From contig WFRT01000177.1 of assembly GCA_015486445.1 (NCBI GenBank), positions 1 through 44,037 of the forward strand: a stretch of 44,037 bases of DNA, read 5' to 3'. The notes under the pieces are model-generated. The model ran no database searches. It was not told the origin of the DNA and saw nothing but the letters and a program-made list of their open reading frames with translations. The translations under genes and the position numbers were made by a program. The DNA comes from Pseudomonadota bacterium (GTDB lineage: Bacteria; Desulfobacterota; Anaeroferrophillalia; Anaeroferrophillales; Tharpellaceae). Positions 18,430 through 28,980 of the stretch are shown in pieces (the stretch's first letter is position 1; each line of letters starts with the position of its first letter).

Positions 18430-19446
18430 CTAGTTCTTATCCTTGTCAACCAGCTTTTTCTGGCTGATCCAACTCATCATCGACCGCAGTTTCCGGCCGA
18501 CCTCCTCGATTTCATGTTCTTCTCCCTGACGGGTCAGGGCGTTGAAAACCGGACGGTTGGCCTGGTTTTCGAGAATCCATTCCCGGGCGAAAGAGCCGTC
18601 CTGGATCTCTTCGAGAATCTCGGCCATGGCCTCGCGGCTTTCCGCGTTGATGACCCGGGGACCACGGGTCAAATCGCCGAACTGGGCCGTGTTGCTGATC
18701 GAATAGCGCATGTTCGAGATGCCGCCCTCGTAGATCAGGTCGACAATCAGCTTAAGCTCGTGCAGGCACTCGAAATAGGCCATCTCGGGAGCGTAGCCGG
18801 CGTCGACCAGGGTCTCGAAACCGGCCCGGATCAGTTCGGTGACCCCGCCGCACAAAACCGCCTGTTCACCGAAGAGATCGGTTTCGGTCTCTTCCTTGAA
18901 GCTGGTCTCGATGATCCCGGCCCGGCCGCCGCCGATGCCGCAGGCGTAGGCCAGGGCCACATCGCGGGTGTCGCCGGTCGGGTCCTGGTTAACCGCGATC
19001 AGGGTCGGCACGCCCATGCCCTCGGTATATTCGTGGCGGACCAGGTGGCCCGGCCCCTTGGGGGCGGCCATGAAGACGTTGACCCCGGCCGGGGGTACGA
19101 TCTGGCCGTAGTGAATATTGAAACCGTGGGCAAAAGCCAGGTAGTCGCCCTCCTCGAGATTGGGCGCCACATCTTCACGGTACATCGCGGCCTGGAGTTC
19201 GTCAGGCACCAGGATCATTACCACCCGGGCCGCCTTGACCGCCTCGGCGGTGGGCAGCAGGGGCAGGCCGCCGGCCTCGGCTTTTTTCCAGGAACTGCCA
19301 CCGGGCCGCAGGCCGACCACGACGTCAAACCCGCTTTCGCTCAGGTTATGGGCATGGGCGTGGCCCTGGCTGCCGTAACCGATAACGGCGATTTTCTTTC
19401 CCTTGAGAACCGACAGGTCGGCGTCTTTTTCGTAGTACAGTTGCAT
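18430..19446 (-). CDS. ilvC: Ketol-acid reductoisomerase
   Basis: The ORF track starts at a TTG (19512). ATG at 19446 gives [35 protein letters not shown] and is preceded by SD AAGGAG. Class I KARI length (338 aa). Confidence 0.9.
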   Translation of the reverse strand: MQLYYEKDADLSVLKGKKIAVIGYGSQGHAHAHNLSESGFDVVVGLRPGGSSWKKAEAGGLPLLPTAEAVKAARVVMILVPDELQAAMYREDVAPNLEEGDYLAFAHGFNIHYGQIVPPAGVNVFMAAPKGPGHLVRHEYTEGMGVPTLIAVNQDPTGDTRDVALAYACGIGGGRAGIIETSFKEETETDLFGEQAVLCGGVTELIRAGFETLVDAGYAPEMAYFECLHELKLIVDLIYEGGISNMRYSISNTAQFGDLTRGPRVINAESREAMAEILEEIQDGSFAREWILENQANRPVFNALTRQGEEHEIEEVGRKLRSMMSWISQKKLVDKDKN

Positions 19447-19537
19447 TTTTAACTCCTTACTTAATTCTCTTTTCCGGAATCCACCTCCGGCTTGACCGCC
19501 TCTATACACCAAGTACGGTAATATTTTAACTAAAAAC

Positions 19538-19777
19538 GTAACTATTCAGCCAAATCCGGGGTCGGGCGCGGCTTTTCTTCGCTAAGCGTTAAGATTTCTG
19601 TTTTTCCACGCGCTCGCTTCGCCCGCATTGCAAAACTCGCTTACGCTCAGACAGTTGCAATGCTTATGGGCTCCCGCTTAGCTTAAGAAAAACGACGAAA
19701 TCTTTCCGAAACCGCTCAGAAAAACCACCCCCGCCCCCTCCTGAAAGATGGGAGATAGAATTTAGCTGAATAGTCAC
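19538..19777 (+). mobile_element. Foldback MITE-like intergenic repeat, full copy B (~240 bp), between ilvN and ilvC
   Basis: Same orientation and length as copy A. Ends are GTAACTATTCAGCC... and ...TTTAGCTGAATAGTCAC. By eye it differs from A by a handful of substitutions and short indels. The same central GCATTGCAA/TTGCAATGC hairpin is present. Confidence 0.8.
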
Positions 19778-19807
19778 AAAACTTCTTACAAGGTTTCCGT
19801 CAGGATA

Positions 19808-20296
19808 TTACCTGGCCCCGTCGCGGCCCAGGGCGACGAGACCGGTGCGGGCCATCTCGCGAATGCCGAACGGGGCCAGCACCTTCAGGGCCGTGCCGAT
19901 TTTCTCCCGGGCCCCGGTCAATTCAACCACCAGCGAGCGGGGCCCCAGTTCCAGCACCCGGCCCTGGTAGACCTCGACCAGGCGCAGCAGTTCAAGACGC
20001 TTGGCGCCGGAGCCGGAGGCAAACTTGATCAGTACCATTTCGCGGGCCATCTGGGTGGATTCGGTCAGTTCGACAACCTTGATGACGTTGATCAGCTTGT
20101 TGAGCTGCTTGGTAATCTGTTCGATTATGTGATCATCGCCGGTGGTCACGATGGTCATGCTGGAAACCGTCGGATCGTCGGTCTCGGCCACGGTCAGGCT
20201 CTCGATGTTAAACCCCCGCCCGCTGAACAGGGAAGCGATCCGGGAAAGCACCCCGAATTCGTTTTCAACCAGTACGCTGATAATATGCTTTCTCAT
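19808..20296 (-). CDS. ilvN: Acetolactate synthase small (regulatory) subunit
   Basis: 162-aa ORF with N-terminal ACT domain HIISVLVENEFGVLSRIASLFSGRGFNIESL. Lies 9 nt downstream of ilvB. Confidence 0.9.
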   Translation of the reverse strand: MRKHIISVLVENEFGVLSRIASLFSGRGFNIESLTVAETDDPTVSSMTIVTTGDDHIIEQITKQLNKLINVIKVVELTESTQMAREMVLIKFASGSGAKRLELLRLVEVYQGRVLELGPRSLVVELTGAREKIGTALKVLAPFGIREMARTGLVALGRDGAR

Positions 20297-20305
20297 AATT
20301 CCCCC

Positions 20306-22009
20306 CTAAACCAGCAGCATGTTGGAAATCGCCTCGCCGGCGGGTACCATCGGGTAAACATTTTCTTCCGGGGCGACCTTGAAATCGACGATCACCGGCC
20401 CGGGATGGGCGAAAGCCCGCAGCAGGGTCTCTTCGACCTCGGCCGGCTTCTCAGCCCGCAGGCCCAGGGCCCCGTAGGCTTCAGCCAGTTTGACGAAATC
20501 CGGAGCGTGGTCCATCGTCGTAGCCGAGTAGTGGCGGTCAAAAAAGAGCTCCTGCCACTGCCGCACCATGCCCAGGTAGCCGTTATTCAGGATAATCACC
20601 TTGACCGGCAGCTGGTACTGGACCACAGTGGCCAGTTCCTGGATGTTCATCTGGATGCTGCCGTCGCCGGCGATATCGAGAACCAGGCGGTCGGGGAAGG
20701 CAACCTGGGCGCCCATGGCCGCCGGCAGGCCGTAGCCCATGGTCCCCAGCCCCCCCGAGGTCAGCCAGGTTCGGGGCTTGGTGAAGGTAAAGAACTGGGC
20801 CGCCCACATCTGGTTCTGTCCGACCTCGGTGCTGACGATCGGGTTGCGATCACGGGTCAGCTGACTGATCTTTTCAACCACGAACTGGGGCTTGATGATC
20901 TCCTCGTCGCGGACGTATTCAAGTTTGTGCAACTCCCGCCAGTAGGCAACCTTCTCCAGCCACTCGTCATGGCCGGCGACGCACTCGGCCGCCGCCTGAT
21001 CGGAACTGCGAACCACCTCCAGCATTTTCTGGAGAACGTCGCCGACGTCACCGACAATCGGGATGTCGACAACCACGTTCTTGCTGATTGAGGTCGGGTC
21101 GATGTCGACATGGATGATCTTGGCCCCGGGAGCGAACTGGTCGATGCGGCCGGTAACCCGGTCGTCGAAGCGGGCGCCGAAGGCGACCATGACATCGGAC
21201 TTGGTCACCGCCATGTTGGCCCGGTAGGTGCCGTGCATGCCGAGCATGCCGAGCGACAGGGGATCGTCTTCGGGAAAAGCTCCCAGCCCCATCAGGGTCG
21301 TGGTCACCGGGATCTTCAGCCGCCGGGCGAGTTCGGTAAGCTCGGCCGAGGCATCCCCCAGGACCACCCCGCCGCCAACGTAAAAAAGCGGCCTTTTGGC
21401 CTTGAAAAGTTGCTGCATGGCCCGCTGAACCTGGCCGGGATGGCCGGCATAGTTGGGATTGTAACCTTTCAGGACCGGCTTTTCCGGTTTTTTCTTGGCG
21501 CATTTGCCGCCGATCACATCCTTGGGCAGGTCGATCAGGACCGGGCCGGGCCGACCGGAATTGGCGATGTGAAAGGCTTCGTTGATAATCCGTTCGAGAT
21601 CTTCAACCTTTTTGACCAGGTAATTATGCTTGGTGCAAGGCCGGGTAATGCCGACGATGTCGGCCTCCTGGAAGGCATCGTTGCCGATCAGCGGGGTCGG
21701 CACCTGGCCGGAAAAAACCACCAGCGGAATCGAGTCCATGTAGGCGGTAGCCAGTCCGGTCACCGTGTTGGTGGCCCCCGGTCCCGAGGTTACGATGGCA
21801 ACCCCGGTTTTGCCGGTGGCCCGGGCGTAGCCGTCGGCGGCATGGACGGCGGCCTGCTCGTGGCGCACCAGGAAATGCCGGCAACTGTACTCCGGCAGAC
21901 AATCATAAAGGTTGATCACGGCCCCGCCGGGATAGCCGAAAACCACATCAACCCCCTGTTCTTCGAGAACCTCGAGCAGGATCTGAGCTCCGCTTAACAT
22001 CTTCTTCAT
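20306..22009 (-). CDS. ilvB: Acetolactate synthase large (catalytic) subunit
   Basis: The ORF track extends to 22105. ATG at 22009 ([29 protein letters not shown]) follows SD GAGGGAGAGG. ThDP motif [16 protein letters not shown]...[10 protein letters not shown]. Confidence 0.9.
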   Translation of the reverse strand: MKKMLSGAQILLEVLEEQGVDVVFGYPGGAVINLYDCLPEYSCRHFLVRHEQAAVHAADGYARATGKTGVAIVTSGPGATNTVTGLATAYMDSIPLVVFSGQVPTPLIGNDAFQEADIVGITRPCTKHNYLVKKVEDLERIINEAFHIANSGRPGPVLIDLPKDVIGGKCAKKKPEKPVLKGYNPNYAGHPGQVQRAMQQLFKAKRPLFYVGGGVVLGDASAELTELARRLKIPVTTTLMGLGAFPEDDPLSLGMLGMHGTYRANMAVTKSDVMVAFGARFDDRVTGRIDQFAPGAKIIHVDIDPTSISKNVVVDIPIVGDVGDVLQKMLEVVRSSDQAAAECVAGHDEWLEKVAYWRELHKLEYVRDEEIIKPQFVVEKISQLTRDRNPIVSTEVGQNQMWAAQFFTFTKPRTWLTSGGLGTMGYGLPAAMGAQVAFPDRLVLDIAGDGSIQMNIQELATVVQYQLPVKVIILNNGYLGMVRQWQELFFDRHYSATTMDHAPDFVKLAEAYGALGLRAEKPAEVEETLLRAFAHPGPVIVDFKVAPEENVYPMVPAGEAISNMLLV

Positions 22010-22053
22010 GGATTCCTCTCCCTCGTTAATCACCAGCCCCCGGCACGCCGCCG

Positions 22054-23100
22054 TCACGGGGCCAGGGGTCCGGTCAAAAGACCACAGGTTTCGGGCTGAC
22101 CGCAAATCAGGTTAAGGTTCTGGACAGCCTGTCCGGCCGCCCCCTTAACCAGGTTGTCGATCGCGGCAAAAAGCACCAGCTGGCGGCCCTCTCCTCCCAC
22201 AACGAAGCCAATATCGCAAAAGTTGCTGCCCCGGACCGCGCTTAAAGCCGGCAGTTCGCCATCCGGCAAAAGACGGACGAAAGGTTCACCGGCATAGCTG
22301 TCGGCCAGAAGTTTCTCGATCTCCCGGCCCTCGACCGGCCGCTCGAGGGTCAGATAGATCGAAGAGAGAATGCCCCGGTTAACCGGCAGCAGGTGGGGAA
22401 CAAATAACAGGTTCGGGCGCTGGCCGACGGCCCGGCCCAGCTGCTCCACCATTTCCGGCTGGTGGCGATGCCGGCCCGCTTTATAGGGTTTGAAACTTTC
22501 ATTGACCTCGCAGTAGAGCGATCCCGGGCTCAGTCCGCGCCCGGCCCCGCTGGTTCCCGACTTGGCATCGACCACGACCGGGCTGGCGGGCGCCACCAGG
22601 CCGGCCTTGAGCATCGGGGCCAGCGGCAGGATAACGCTGGTTGGGTAGCATCCGGGGTTGCCGATCACCTGCCCGCTTACGATCTGGTCGCGAAAAAGTT
22701 CGGGCAGACCGTAGACCGAGACTTCCAGGACTTCGGGACGGGTGTGAGGCTGGTACCACTGTTCGTAAAGATCCCGGTCGGAAAAACGATAGTCGGCACT
22801 CAGGTCGATTACTTTTTTCCCGGCCTGGTAAAGCTCGGCCACGACCTCGATCGCGGCCTTGTGGGGCAGGGCCGTGAACACCACCTCGGCGGCCGCGGCC
22901 ACGGCCGCCACCCGGTTGTCGCTGAACTTGAGTTCCACCAGGCTGCGCAGGGAGGGGAAAACCGAACTTACCGGCATCCCGGCATACTGCCGGGAGGTCA
23001 CCATGGTCAATTCAACCCCGGGATGGGCGCTCAGGATCCGCATCAATTCGACCCCGGTATAGCCACTGGCCCCGATAATCGCCACTCTTGTTTTCGTCAT
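22054..23100 (-). CDS. argC: N-acetyl-gamma-glutamyl-phosphate reductase
   Basis: ATG at 23100 gives [16 protein letters not shown] (the track start at 23112 is GTG). Catalytic Cys lies in NPGCYPTS. Confidence 0.9.
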   Translation of the reverse strand: MTKTRVAIIGASGYTGVELMRILSAHPGVELTMVTSRQYAGMPVSSVFPSLRSLVELKFSDNRVAAVAAAAEVVFTALPHKAAIEVVAELYQAGKKVIDLSADYRFSDRDLYEQWYQPHTRPEVLEVSVYGLPELFRDQIVSGQVIGNPGCYPTSVILPLAPMLKAGLVAPASPVVVDAKSGTSGAGRGLSPGSLYCEVNESFKPYKAGRHRHQPEMVEQLGRAVGQRPNLLFVPHLLPVNRGILSSIYLTLERPVEGREIEKLLADSYAGEPFVRLLPDGELPALSAVRGSNFCDIGFVVGGEGRQLVLFAAIDNLVKGAAGQAVQNLNLICGQPETCGLLTGPLAP

Positions 23101-23180
23101 GACTCCATCCACCTAATCAATCCGCCAATCCCGAGCCGGGAACAATCCCCGCAACCCGGACTCTCCTTTGCCTGCCGTAA

Positions 23181-23371
23181 AGCGCTCGCTTCGCCCGCAC
23201 CCCAAGGGCACTTCCGTTGGGCGCATGCAAAACTCGCTGCGCTCAGACAGTTGCAATGCTTATGGGCTCCCGCTCGCTGGGAAAAACGACGAAATCTTTC
23301 CGAAACCGCTCTGAAAAACCACCCTCACCCCCTCCTTCAAAGAGGGGAGATAAATTTAGCTGAATAGTTAC
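23181..23371 (+). mobile_element. Foldback repeat, copy C: left arm missing, right ~190 bp retained with a short internal insertion
   Basis: GCGCTCGCTTCGCCCGCA....GCAAAACTCGCTGCGCTCAGACAGTTGCAATGCTTATGGGCTCC...GGGGAGATAAATTTAGCTGAATAGTTAC aligns with the right part of A and B. About 24 extra nt (CCCCAAGGGCACTTCCGTTGGGCG) interrupt the central hairpin. Confidence 0.7.
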
Positions 23372-23395
23372 AATTTAGCAAGCAACCGGGAAAGC

Positions 23396-23430
23396 ACGAA
23401 AAAGGGGAGACCGTTCTGCCGGCCTCCCCT
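23396..23430 (-). terminator. Rho-independent terminator downstream of rpsI
   Basis: Minus strand: stem AGGGGAG (23430-23424) / CTCCCCT (23409-23403) followed by TTTTCGTGCTTT. Confidence 0.7.
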
Positions 23431-23464
23431 GGTGTCTGAGCTTGTTGGCTGCTCCCAGTCGACT

Positions 23465-23857
23465 TTAACGTTTCGAGAACTGGTAACGGGCCCGGGCACC
23501 ACGCTGGCCGTATTTTTTGCGCTCCTTAATTCGCGCATCGCGGGTTAGAAACCCCGCCTTCTTAAGTAGGCCGCGCAACTCGGGATTGTAGGCCTGCAGT
23601 ACCTTGCTGATACCGTGCTTGACGGCCCCGGCCTGGCCGGAGATACCGCCCCCGGAAACCTTGATCATGAAGTCGAACTTGTTCTCGTTTTCAGTCATGG
23701 TCAGAGGCTGGAAGATAATCTCCCGCGCCGTCTCCAGGGTAAAATAGTCATTCACCGGACGGCCGTTGACCTTGATTTCACCGCTTCCTTCACTGAGCCA
23801 GACCCTGGCGATCGAAGCTTTCCTCTTGCCCGTGGCATAATACTTTGTCGCTGTCAT
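23465..23857 (-). CDS. rpsI: 30S ribosomal protein S9
   Basis: 130-aa ORF ending ...[18 protein letters not shown]. Confidence 0.95.
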   Translation of the reverse strand: MTATKYYATGKRKASIARVWLSEGSGEIKVNGRPVNDYFTLETAREIIFQPLTMTENENKFDFMIKVSGGGISGQAGAVKHGISKVLQAYNPELRGLLKKAGFLTRDARIKERKKYGQRGARARYQFSKR

Positions 23858-23936
23858 ATCAGAACCTTAAAAAAATATAAAATGATTAACTGTCCGATCC
23901 CGGGTCACTGGTTTCCGAACCCCCGGGCAGCCCCGG

Positions 23937-24365
23937 TCAAACTTCCCGCGGGGCCGGCTTCTGGGCCGCGTGGCAATGCTCGGAACCGGCATAGACTTTA
24001 AGCTTTTTCATCAGCTTGCGCCCCAGTTTGTTCTTCGGCAGCATGCCCTTGACGGCCAGGTTGATAACCTCTTCCGGCTTCTTTTCCAGCATTTCACCGG
24101 CAGTCATCGATTTAATGCCGCCGGGGTAGCCGGTATGATGATAATAAACCTTGTCGCTGACCTTGTTGCCGGTCAGACGAATGGCCGCGGCGTTGATCAC
24201 GACAACAAAATCCCCGGTGTCGACATGGGGGGTGAACTCGGGCTTGTCTTTACCCCGAAGAATCCGGGCAACTTCACTGGCCAGGCGGCCCAGGACCTTG
24301 CCCCGGGCATCGATGAGATGCCACTTCTGCTCGAGTTCCCCCGGCTTAGCCATGTAGGTCTTCAT
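23937..24365 (-). CDS. rplM: 50S ribosomal protein L13
   Basis: 142-aa ORF containing [46 protein letters not shown]. Confidence 0.95.
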   Translation of the reverse strand: MKTYMAKPGELEQKWHLIDARGKVLGRLASEVARILRGKDKPEFTPHVDTGDFVVVINAAAIRLTGNKVSDKVYYHHTGYPGGIKSMTAGEMLEKKPEEVINLAVKGMLPKNKLGRKLMKKLKVYAGSEHCHAAQKPAPREV

Positions 24366-24479
24366 TATTTCTCTTTCTCCAACTCAAAAAACTTCCGGCG
24401 CCCGAGGGGCGGCGGGGATATGAAGCTTAAAAAATCTCTCCACCCGAATCCCGGGCAGGCGCTGAATTTGAAGGGGAGT

Positions 24480-24509
24480 CTTTTAGTACACCGCCCCGGC
24501 AATTGTCAA
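24480..24509 (-). promoter_or_regulatory. Candidate sigma70-type promoter for rplM-rpsI
   Basis: Perfect -35 TTGACA on the minus strand (24509-24504), overlapping the bioF stop. Only weak -10 candidates lie 15-18 nt downstream (TACTAA / TAAAAG). Confidence 0.25.
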
Positions 24510-25711
24510 GGCTTTTTTCGCAAAAAGTCCCGGCGCCGTTCGGCGAAAAGCGCCAGCACCAGGTCGAGATCGGCAAATTCGAGGTCGGCGCTCAGGGTCA
24601 CCCTGAGCCGGGAAGAGCCTTCGGGCACGGTCGGCGGCCGGATACCCTGAATGAAAACCCCGCGCTCCAGAAACCAGGCGCTCAAGGCCATGGTCTTCTC
24701 CGCCGGGCCGACCAGGACCGGGATGATCGGGGTGGGATCCTCGCCCACCGGCAGGCCCAGATCCCGCAGCCCGGAACGAAAACGGGACCCCAGCAAAGCC
24801 AGCTTCGCAATCCTTTCCAGCTCCCGGTCCACCACTTTCAGGGCCTCCCGGGAGGCCGCCAGCACCGCCGGCGGCAGGGCCGTGGTGTAGATAAAGCTGC
24901 GGGCCCGGTTGACCAGATAGTCAATCAGTTCCGGAGCCCCGGCAACATAGGCGCCGAAACTTCCCAGGGCCTTGCCCAGGGTCCCCATCTGGACATCGAT
25001 ATCCCGCCAGTCGAGCCCGAAATATTCGGCCGACCCGCGACCGGTCTCCCCGATCACCCCGGTGGCGTGGGCGTCGTCGACCACCACCAGGGCGTCGTAT
25101 TGACGAGCCAGGCTGACAATTTCCGGCAACGGTGCCAGATCACCGTCCATGCTGAAAACACTGTCGGTGACAATCAGCCGGCGGCGGAAATTACGGCCTC
25201 CCTCCCGCAACCGGCTGGCCAGGTGATCGACATCACGGTGCCGGTAGATCTCGAGCCGGGCTTGCGAAAGCCGGCAGCCGTCGACGATGCTGGCATGGTT
25301 CAGGGCGTCGCTGTAGATCACGTCCCCGGCCCCGGCCAGGGTCGTCATCAGCGCCAGGTTGGCGACATAGCCACTATTGAAAACCAGGGCCGCCGGGGCT
25401 TTTTTAAAGGCCGCGAGATCCTCCTCGAGGGCCCGGTGGGCGCTCATGGTCCCGGAAATCAGGCGTGAAGCCCCGGCCGAACACCCTTCCTTTCCCAGGG
25501 CCCGGGCGGCGGCCCGGGCGAGATCGGGATGTTCGGCCAGACCGAGATAATTGTTGGAACAGAGCAGCAGCACCGGCCGGCCGTCGAGAACCACCCGGGC
25601 CCGCTGGGGTCCGGCCACGGTGCGCAGGAAACGCCGACGGCTGTTGGCGTCCAGTTGCCGCAGTTCCTCCCGCAGCCCGGCCAGGGCGCTTTTTCCTTCT
25701 CCCGAAATCAT
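24506..25711 (-). CDS. bioF: 8-amino-7-oxononanoate synthase
   Basis: 401-aa PLP-dependent ORF with NNYLGLAEHP, DDAHATGVIGETGRG and PLP-lysine motif GTLGKALG. The start overlaps the bioB stop by 4 nt. Confidence 0.85.
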   Translation of the reverse strand: MISGEGKSALAGLREELRQLDANSRRRFLRTVAGPQRARVVLDGRPVLLLCSNNYLGLAEHPDLARAAARALGKEGCSAGASRLISGTMSAHRALEEDLAAFKKAPAALVFNSGYVANLALMTTLAGAGDVIYSDALNHASIVDGCRLSQARLEIYRHRDVDHLASRLREGGRNFRRRLIVTDSVFSMDGDLAPLPEIVSLARQYDALVVVDDAHATGVIGETGRGSAEYFGLDWRDIDVQMGTLGKALGSFGAYVAGAPELIDYLVNRARSFIYTTALPPAVLAASREALKVVDRELERIAKLALLGSRFRSGLRDLGLPVGEDPTPIIPVLVGPAEKTMALSAWFLERGVFIQGIRPPTVPEGSSRLRVTLSADLEFADLDLVLALFAERRRDFLRKKP

Positions 25712-26715
25712 TTGCCGTCGTCCCCGTCAAAATCGGCCCAGGCCGCCAGCATGAGCCGGTCATCTTCCCACTGCCGGCCCCGGGTGGTGAGATAGTTGCC
25801 AACCATCAGGCCGTTGGCCCCGGCCGCGAAAACCAGGCCCTGAAAATCCCCGAAGGCCCGCTGCCGGCCGCCGCAGATCCGGAGGTCGCGGGTCGGGTTG
25901 ACCAGCCTGAACATGGCAACCGTGAGCAGCGCGGCCCGGGGGGACAGGCCGGGCTGTCCGGCCAGCGGCGTGCCGGGAACCGGCTGGAGAAAATTAAGCG
26001 GAATCGAATCAACCTCAAGCCGGTTCAGCTCGAGGGCCAGTTCAACCTGCTGGGCCGGGCTCTCTCCCAGCCCCATGATGCCGCCGCTGCAGACATAGAA
26101 GCCGGCTTTTTTGGCCAGCTTCACGGTCTCGACGGCCCGTTCGTAGGAATGGCTTGTGCAGATCGAAGGAAAGAAGCTGCGGGCCGTCTCGAGGTTGTGA
26201 TGATAGTGTTTCAAGCCGGCCCGGCGGTAGAGCTCGACCGCCTCGGCATCGAGAAATCCGAGAGAGGCGCAGGGCCCCAGGCCGAGCCCGGCCAGACCTT
26301 CAAGCATGGCCGCGATCCGGGCCTGCTCGGCGGCATCGCCGACCGCCGTGCCGCTGGTCACCACCGAAAAGTTGTCGACTCCCGCTTCCCGCATCGACCG
26401 GGCCCGGTCCAGCAGTTCCTCGACCGTAATCAGGGGAAAGGTTTCAACCCCGGTTTTCCAGGCCGCCGACCGGGCGCAGAAGGCACAATTTTCTCCGCAG
26501 CGCCCCGACTTGGCGTTGGCAATCGCGCACCGCGCGATCCGCCGGCCGCAGTGATGACGCCGCAGGCGGTTGCACAAGGGCAGCAGGGAGAAAATTTCCG
26601 GCCCCGGCAGCCCGGTCACGGCAATGGCCAGTTCACCGTCCAGCCCCTCGCCGTCCAGCAGTCGGGGCAGCCGGCGGGCAATTTCCGCAACAATTTTTTC
26701 CGGCTTCATGCTCAA
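25708..26715 (-). CDS. bioB: Biotin synthase (radical SAM)
   Basis: 335-aa ORF with CxxxCxxC motif CGENCAFCA and YHHNLET. Confidence 0.9.
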   Translation of the reverse strand: MSMKPEKIVAEIARRLPRLLDGEGLDGELAIAVTGLPGPEIFSLLPLCNRLRRHHCGRRIARCAIANAKSGRCGENCAFCARSAAWKTGVETFPLITVEELLDRARSMREAGVDNFSVVTSGTAVGDAAEQARIAAMLEGLAGLGLGPCASLGFLDAEAVELYRRAGLKHYHHNLETARSFFPSICTSHSYERAVETVKLAKKAGFYVCSGGIMGLGESPAQQVELALELNRLEVDSIPLNFLQPVPGTPLAGQPGLSPRAALLTVAMFRLVNPTRDLRICGGRQRAFGDFQGLVFAAGANGLMVGNYLTTRGRQWEDDRLMLAAWADFDGDDGK

Positions 26716-26763
26716 TCACAAATTCCTTTCCCTGCCCGCATCAGTCATGCTATTTTACCGGGC

Positions 26764-27372
26764 ATGGCATTCAATCGCAAAGACGGTTACTGGAAACAGG
26801 CCAAACGCGAAGGCAAACGCTCCCGGGCGGCCTACAAGCTCGAAGAGATCGACCAGCGCTTCCGGCTTTTCCGCAAGGGTCAGAAGATCCTTGAACTGGG
26901 GGCCGCGCCGGGCGGCTGGATGGAATATATCGCCACCCGCCTGGGCCCGGACGGCCGTGTCCTGGGGCTTGACCTGCAGCCCATCAGAGACCTGCCGGCC
27001 CCGCCCTGCCTGACCCTGGTGGCCGACATCCTGCTCCCGGAAACCGAAACCCGGATCGACGAACTCATGCCGCCGCCAATCGACGGGGCGGTCTCCGACC
27101 TGGCCCCCAACCTGACCGGGATCAGGGCCACCGACCAGGCCAACTCGATTGCCATGCTTGAGAAAGCCCGGGAGTTGGTGGCACCGAGGCTGGCGGACAA
27201 CGGCTTTTTCCTCTGCAAGGTTTTCCAGGGCAGCGAACTCAAGCCCTTTCAGAAAAGGCTCGAGCGTGATTTCCGCAAGGTTGTCCTGGCCAAGCCCCGG
27301 GCAAGCCGCAAAAGCTCGACCGAAATCTATCTCGTGGCCACCGGCTACGCCGGCAGGAGCAGGCGCCAGTAA
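26764..27372 (+). CDS. rlmE: 23S rRNA 2'-O-ribose (U2552) methyltransferase RlmE/FtsJ
   Basis: Only the last 202 codons of the 635-aa track ORF are real. ATG at 26764 gives MAFNRKDGYWKQAKREGKRSRAAYKLEEID. SAM motif ILELGAAPGGW, then SDLAPNLTG and CKVFQG. Confidence 0.9.
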   Translation: MAFNRKDGYWKQAKREGKRSRAAYKLEEIDQRFRLFRKGQKILELGAAPGGWMEYIATRLGPDGRVLGLDLQPIRDLPAPPCLTLVADILLPETETRIDELMPPPIDGAVSDLAPNLTGIRATDQANSIAMLEKARELVAPRLADNGFFLCKVFQGSELKPFQKRLERDFRKVVLAKPRASRKSSTEIYLVATGYAGRSRRQ

Positions 27373-28127
27373 AGCGCTACCAGCTGCGGCCCGCAAAACA
27401 GGTACAAAAGCCCCCCGGCGGCCAGGAACGGACCGAAAGGAATGGCATACTTGCCGTCCCGGCCATACGCCAGCATCAAGCCGACCCCAACCACGGCACC
27501 ACTTAAGGAACTCAACAGGATAATCGGCAGCAGGGCCCGCCAGCCGAGAAAAGCCCCGAGCAGGGCCAGCAGCTTGAAATCACCTCCGCCCATCCCCTCC
27601 ACTCCGGTTACCATATAGTAGCCGCGTGCCACCAGCCACAACACGGCATAACCGCAGACGGCACCGAGCAGCGACTCAGACCAGGCCAGCCCGGCCCACC
27701 ACCAGGACCCGGCCAGGCCGACAACCACTCCCCCGAGGCTGAAAGTGTCGGGAATGATCTGGAACTCGAGATCGATGAAGGTTATCGGTACCAGGAGAAA
27801 AATCAGCACCAGGGCGCCGAGCAGTTCCCGGGAGAAGCCAAAGCGCCAGGCGGCAAGGCCGAACAGCAGGCCGGTCAGGCCCTCGACCAGGGGGTAGCGC
27901 CAGGAAATCGGCTGGCGGCAGAAATAACAGCGGCCGCGGAGCAACACAAAGGTCAGCAGGGGGATATTGAGCCAGAACGGCAGCCGCCGCCCGCACCGGG
28001 GACAGTGGGAGGGAGGGGAAACCACCGACAACCCGCGCGGTATCCGGTAAATGCAGACATTGAAGAAACTGCCGCAAACCAGCCCCAGAATCACCACCCA
28101 GAGGGTTAGAAAAAGGCCGCCGGTCAT
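27345..28127 (-). CDS. pilD: Prepilin peptidase / N-methyltransferase (A24 family)
   Basis: 260-aa polytopic ORF with Cys pairs CPRCG...CYFCR and catalytic-Asp region GMGGGDFKLLALLGAFLGW. The 3' end overlaps the convergent rlmE by 28 nt. Confidence 0.9.
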   Translation of the reverse strand: MTGGLFLTLWVVILGLVCGSFFNVCIYRIPRGLSVVSPPSHCPRCGRRLPFWLNIPLLTFVLLRGRCYFCRQPISWRYPLVEGLTGLLFGLAAWRFGFSRELLGALVLIFLLVPITFIDLEFQIIPDTFSLGGVVVGLAGSWWWAGLAWSESLLGAVCGYAVLWLVARGYYMVTGVEGMGGGDFKLLALLGAFLGWRALLPIILLSSLSGAVVGVGLMLAYGRDGKYAIPFGPFLAAGGLLYLFCGPQLVALYWRLLLPA

Positions 28128-28180
28128 GGCCCGGTCACCCCGTCCCCGGGCCGGCAGGCAACCCGGGAGAAATTAGGCGG

Positions 28181-28209
28181 TTGAACAAAAACCACAATTA
28201 TGGTATACA
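28181..28209 (+). promoter_or_regulatory. Candidate sigma70 promoter for the carD operon
   Basis: TTGAAC (28181-28186), 17-nt spacer, TATACA (28204-28209) in an AT-rich divergent intergenic region. The 10-bp palindrome ATACATGTAT overlaps the -10. Confidence 0.3.
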
Positions 28210-28392
28210 TGTATTTCTACATAACAGCTTGTGAAATAAAGTTTCAACCCGACCGGCAAGCAGCCAGCCAGCGCAACAGCCGCCGGGCCATAACATGTCA
28301 ACAGGCTTTTTGCCAACAAAAAATCATCTCGCCGGAGGCCCCGGGTTTTCGACCTGATGTTGCCAACCGAGAAAGACGGGAACCGATATACC

Positions 28393-28911
28393 ATGGGAAA
28401 ACAGACCAGCAATGCTTTCAACATCGGGGACCTGGCGGTCTACCCGGGCCATGGCGTAGGCCGGATCAACGCCATTGAACGGCGCGAGGTCTGCGACAAA
28501 ATCCAGGAGTTCTACATCATGGTCATCCTGGACAGCAACATCACGATCATGATTCCCAAGAACAACACCACCAATGTCGGTCTGCGCCAGCTGGTCAACC
28601 AGGAAGAGGTCAAAAAGGTCTACAAAACCCTCAAAAAACGGCGGGTGAAACTTTCCCACCAGACCTGGAACAAGCGTTACAAGCAGTTCCATGACAAGAT
28701 CAAAAGAGGGTCGCTGTTCGAAGTCGCCGAGGTTTTCCGGGATCTCAACCTGATCAGTCTGAACAAGGAGCTCTCTTTCGGCGAGCGTAAAATGATGGAA
28801 ACCGCCAAGCACCTGATCGTCTCCGAACTGGCCCGGGCCCGGGCCCTTTCCGAAAGCGAGATCGAGCAGGAGATTCACGAAATCTTCGTCAGTGACGCCA
28901 AGGAAACCTGA
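28393..28911 (+). CDS. carD: CarD/CdnL-family RNA polymerase-binding transcription factor
   Basis: FNIGDLAVYPGHGVGRINAIERREV...EFYIMVIL is the CarD_TRCF RID-like N-domain. ATG at 28393 is preferred over 28357 (172 aa, typical length). The start choice is uncertain. Confidence 0.8.
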   Translation: MGKQTSNAFNIGDLAVYPGHGVGRINAIERREVCDKIQEFYIMVILDSNITIMIPKNNTTNVGLRQLVNQEEVKKVYKTLKKRRVKLSHQTWNKRYKQFHDKIKRGSLFEVAEVFRDLNLISLNKELSFGERKMMETAKHLIVSELARARALSESEIEQEIHEIFVSDAKET

Positions 28912-28980
28912 GTCCTGGCGCCCGCCCCACCCCGATGCCTTTGAACTTTAAAACCCTGTCACCCGTGCACGAGAAAAATC

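Noticed and set aside
25465-26763. N-terminal 433 codons of the 635-aa plus-strand ORF that ends as rlmE
   Set aside because: This part is antisense to bioF/bioB and is Pro/Gly/Arg-rich. RlmE homology begins only at MAFNRKDGYWK (ATG 26764), so the upstream part is a spurious open frame.
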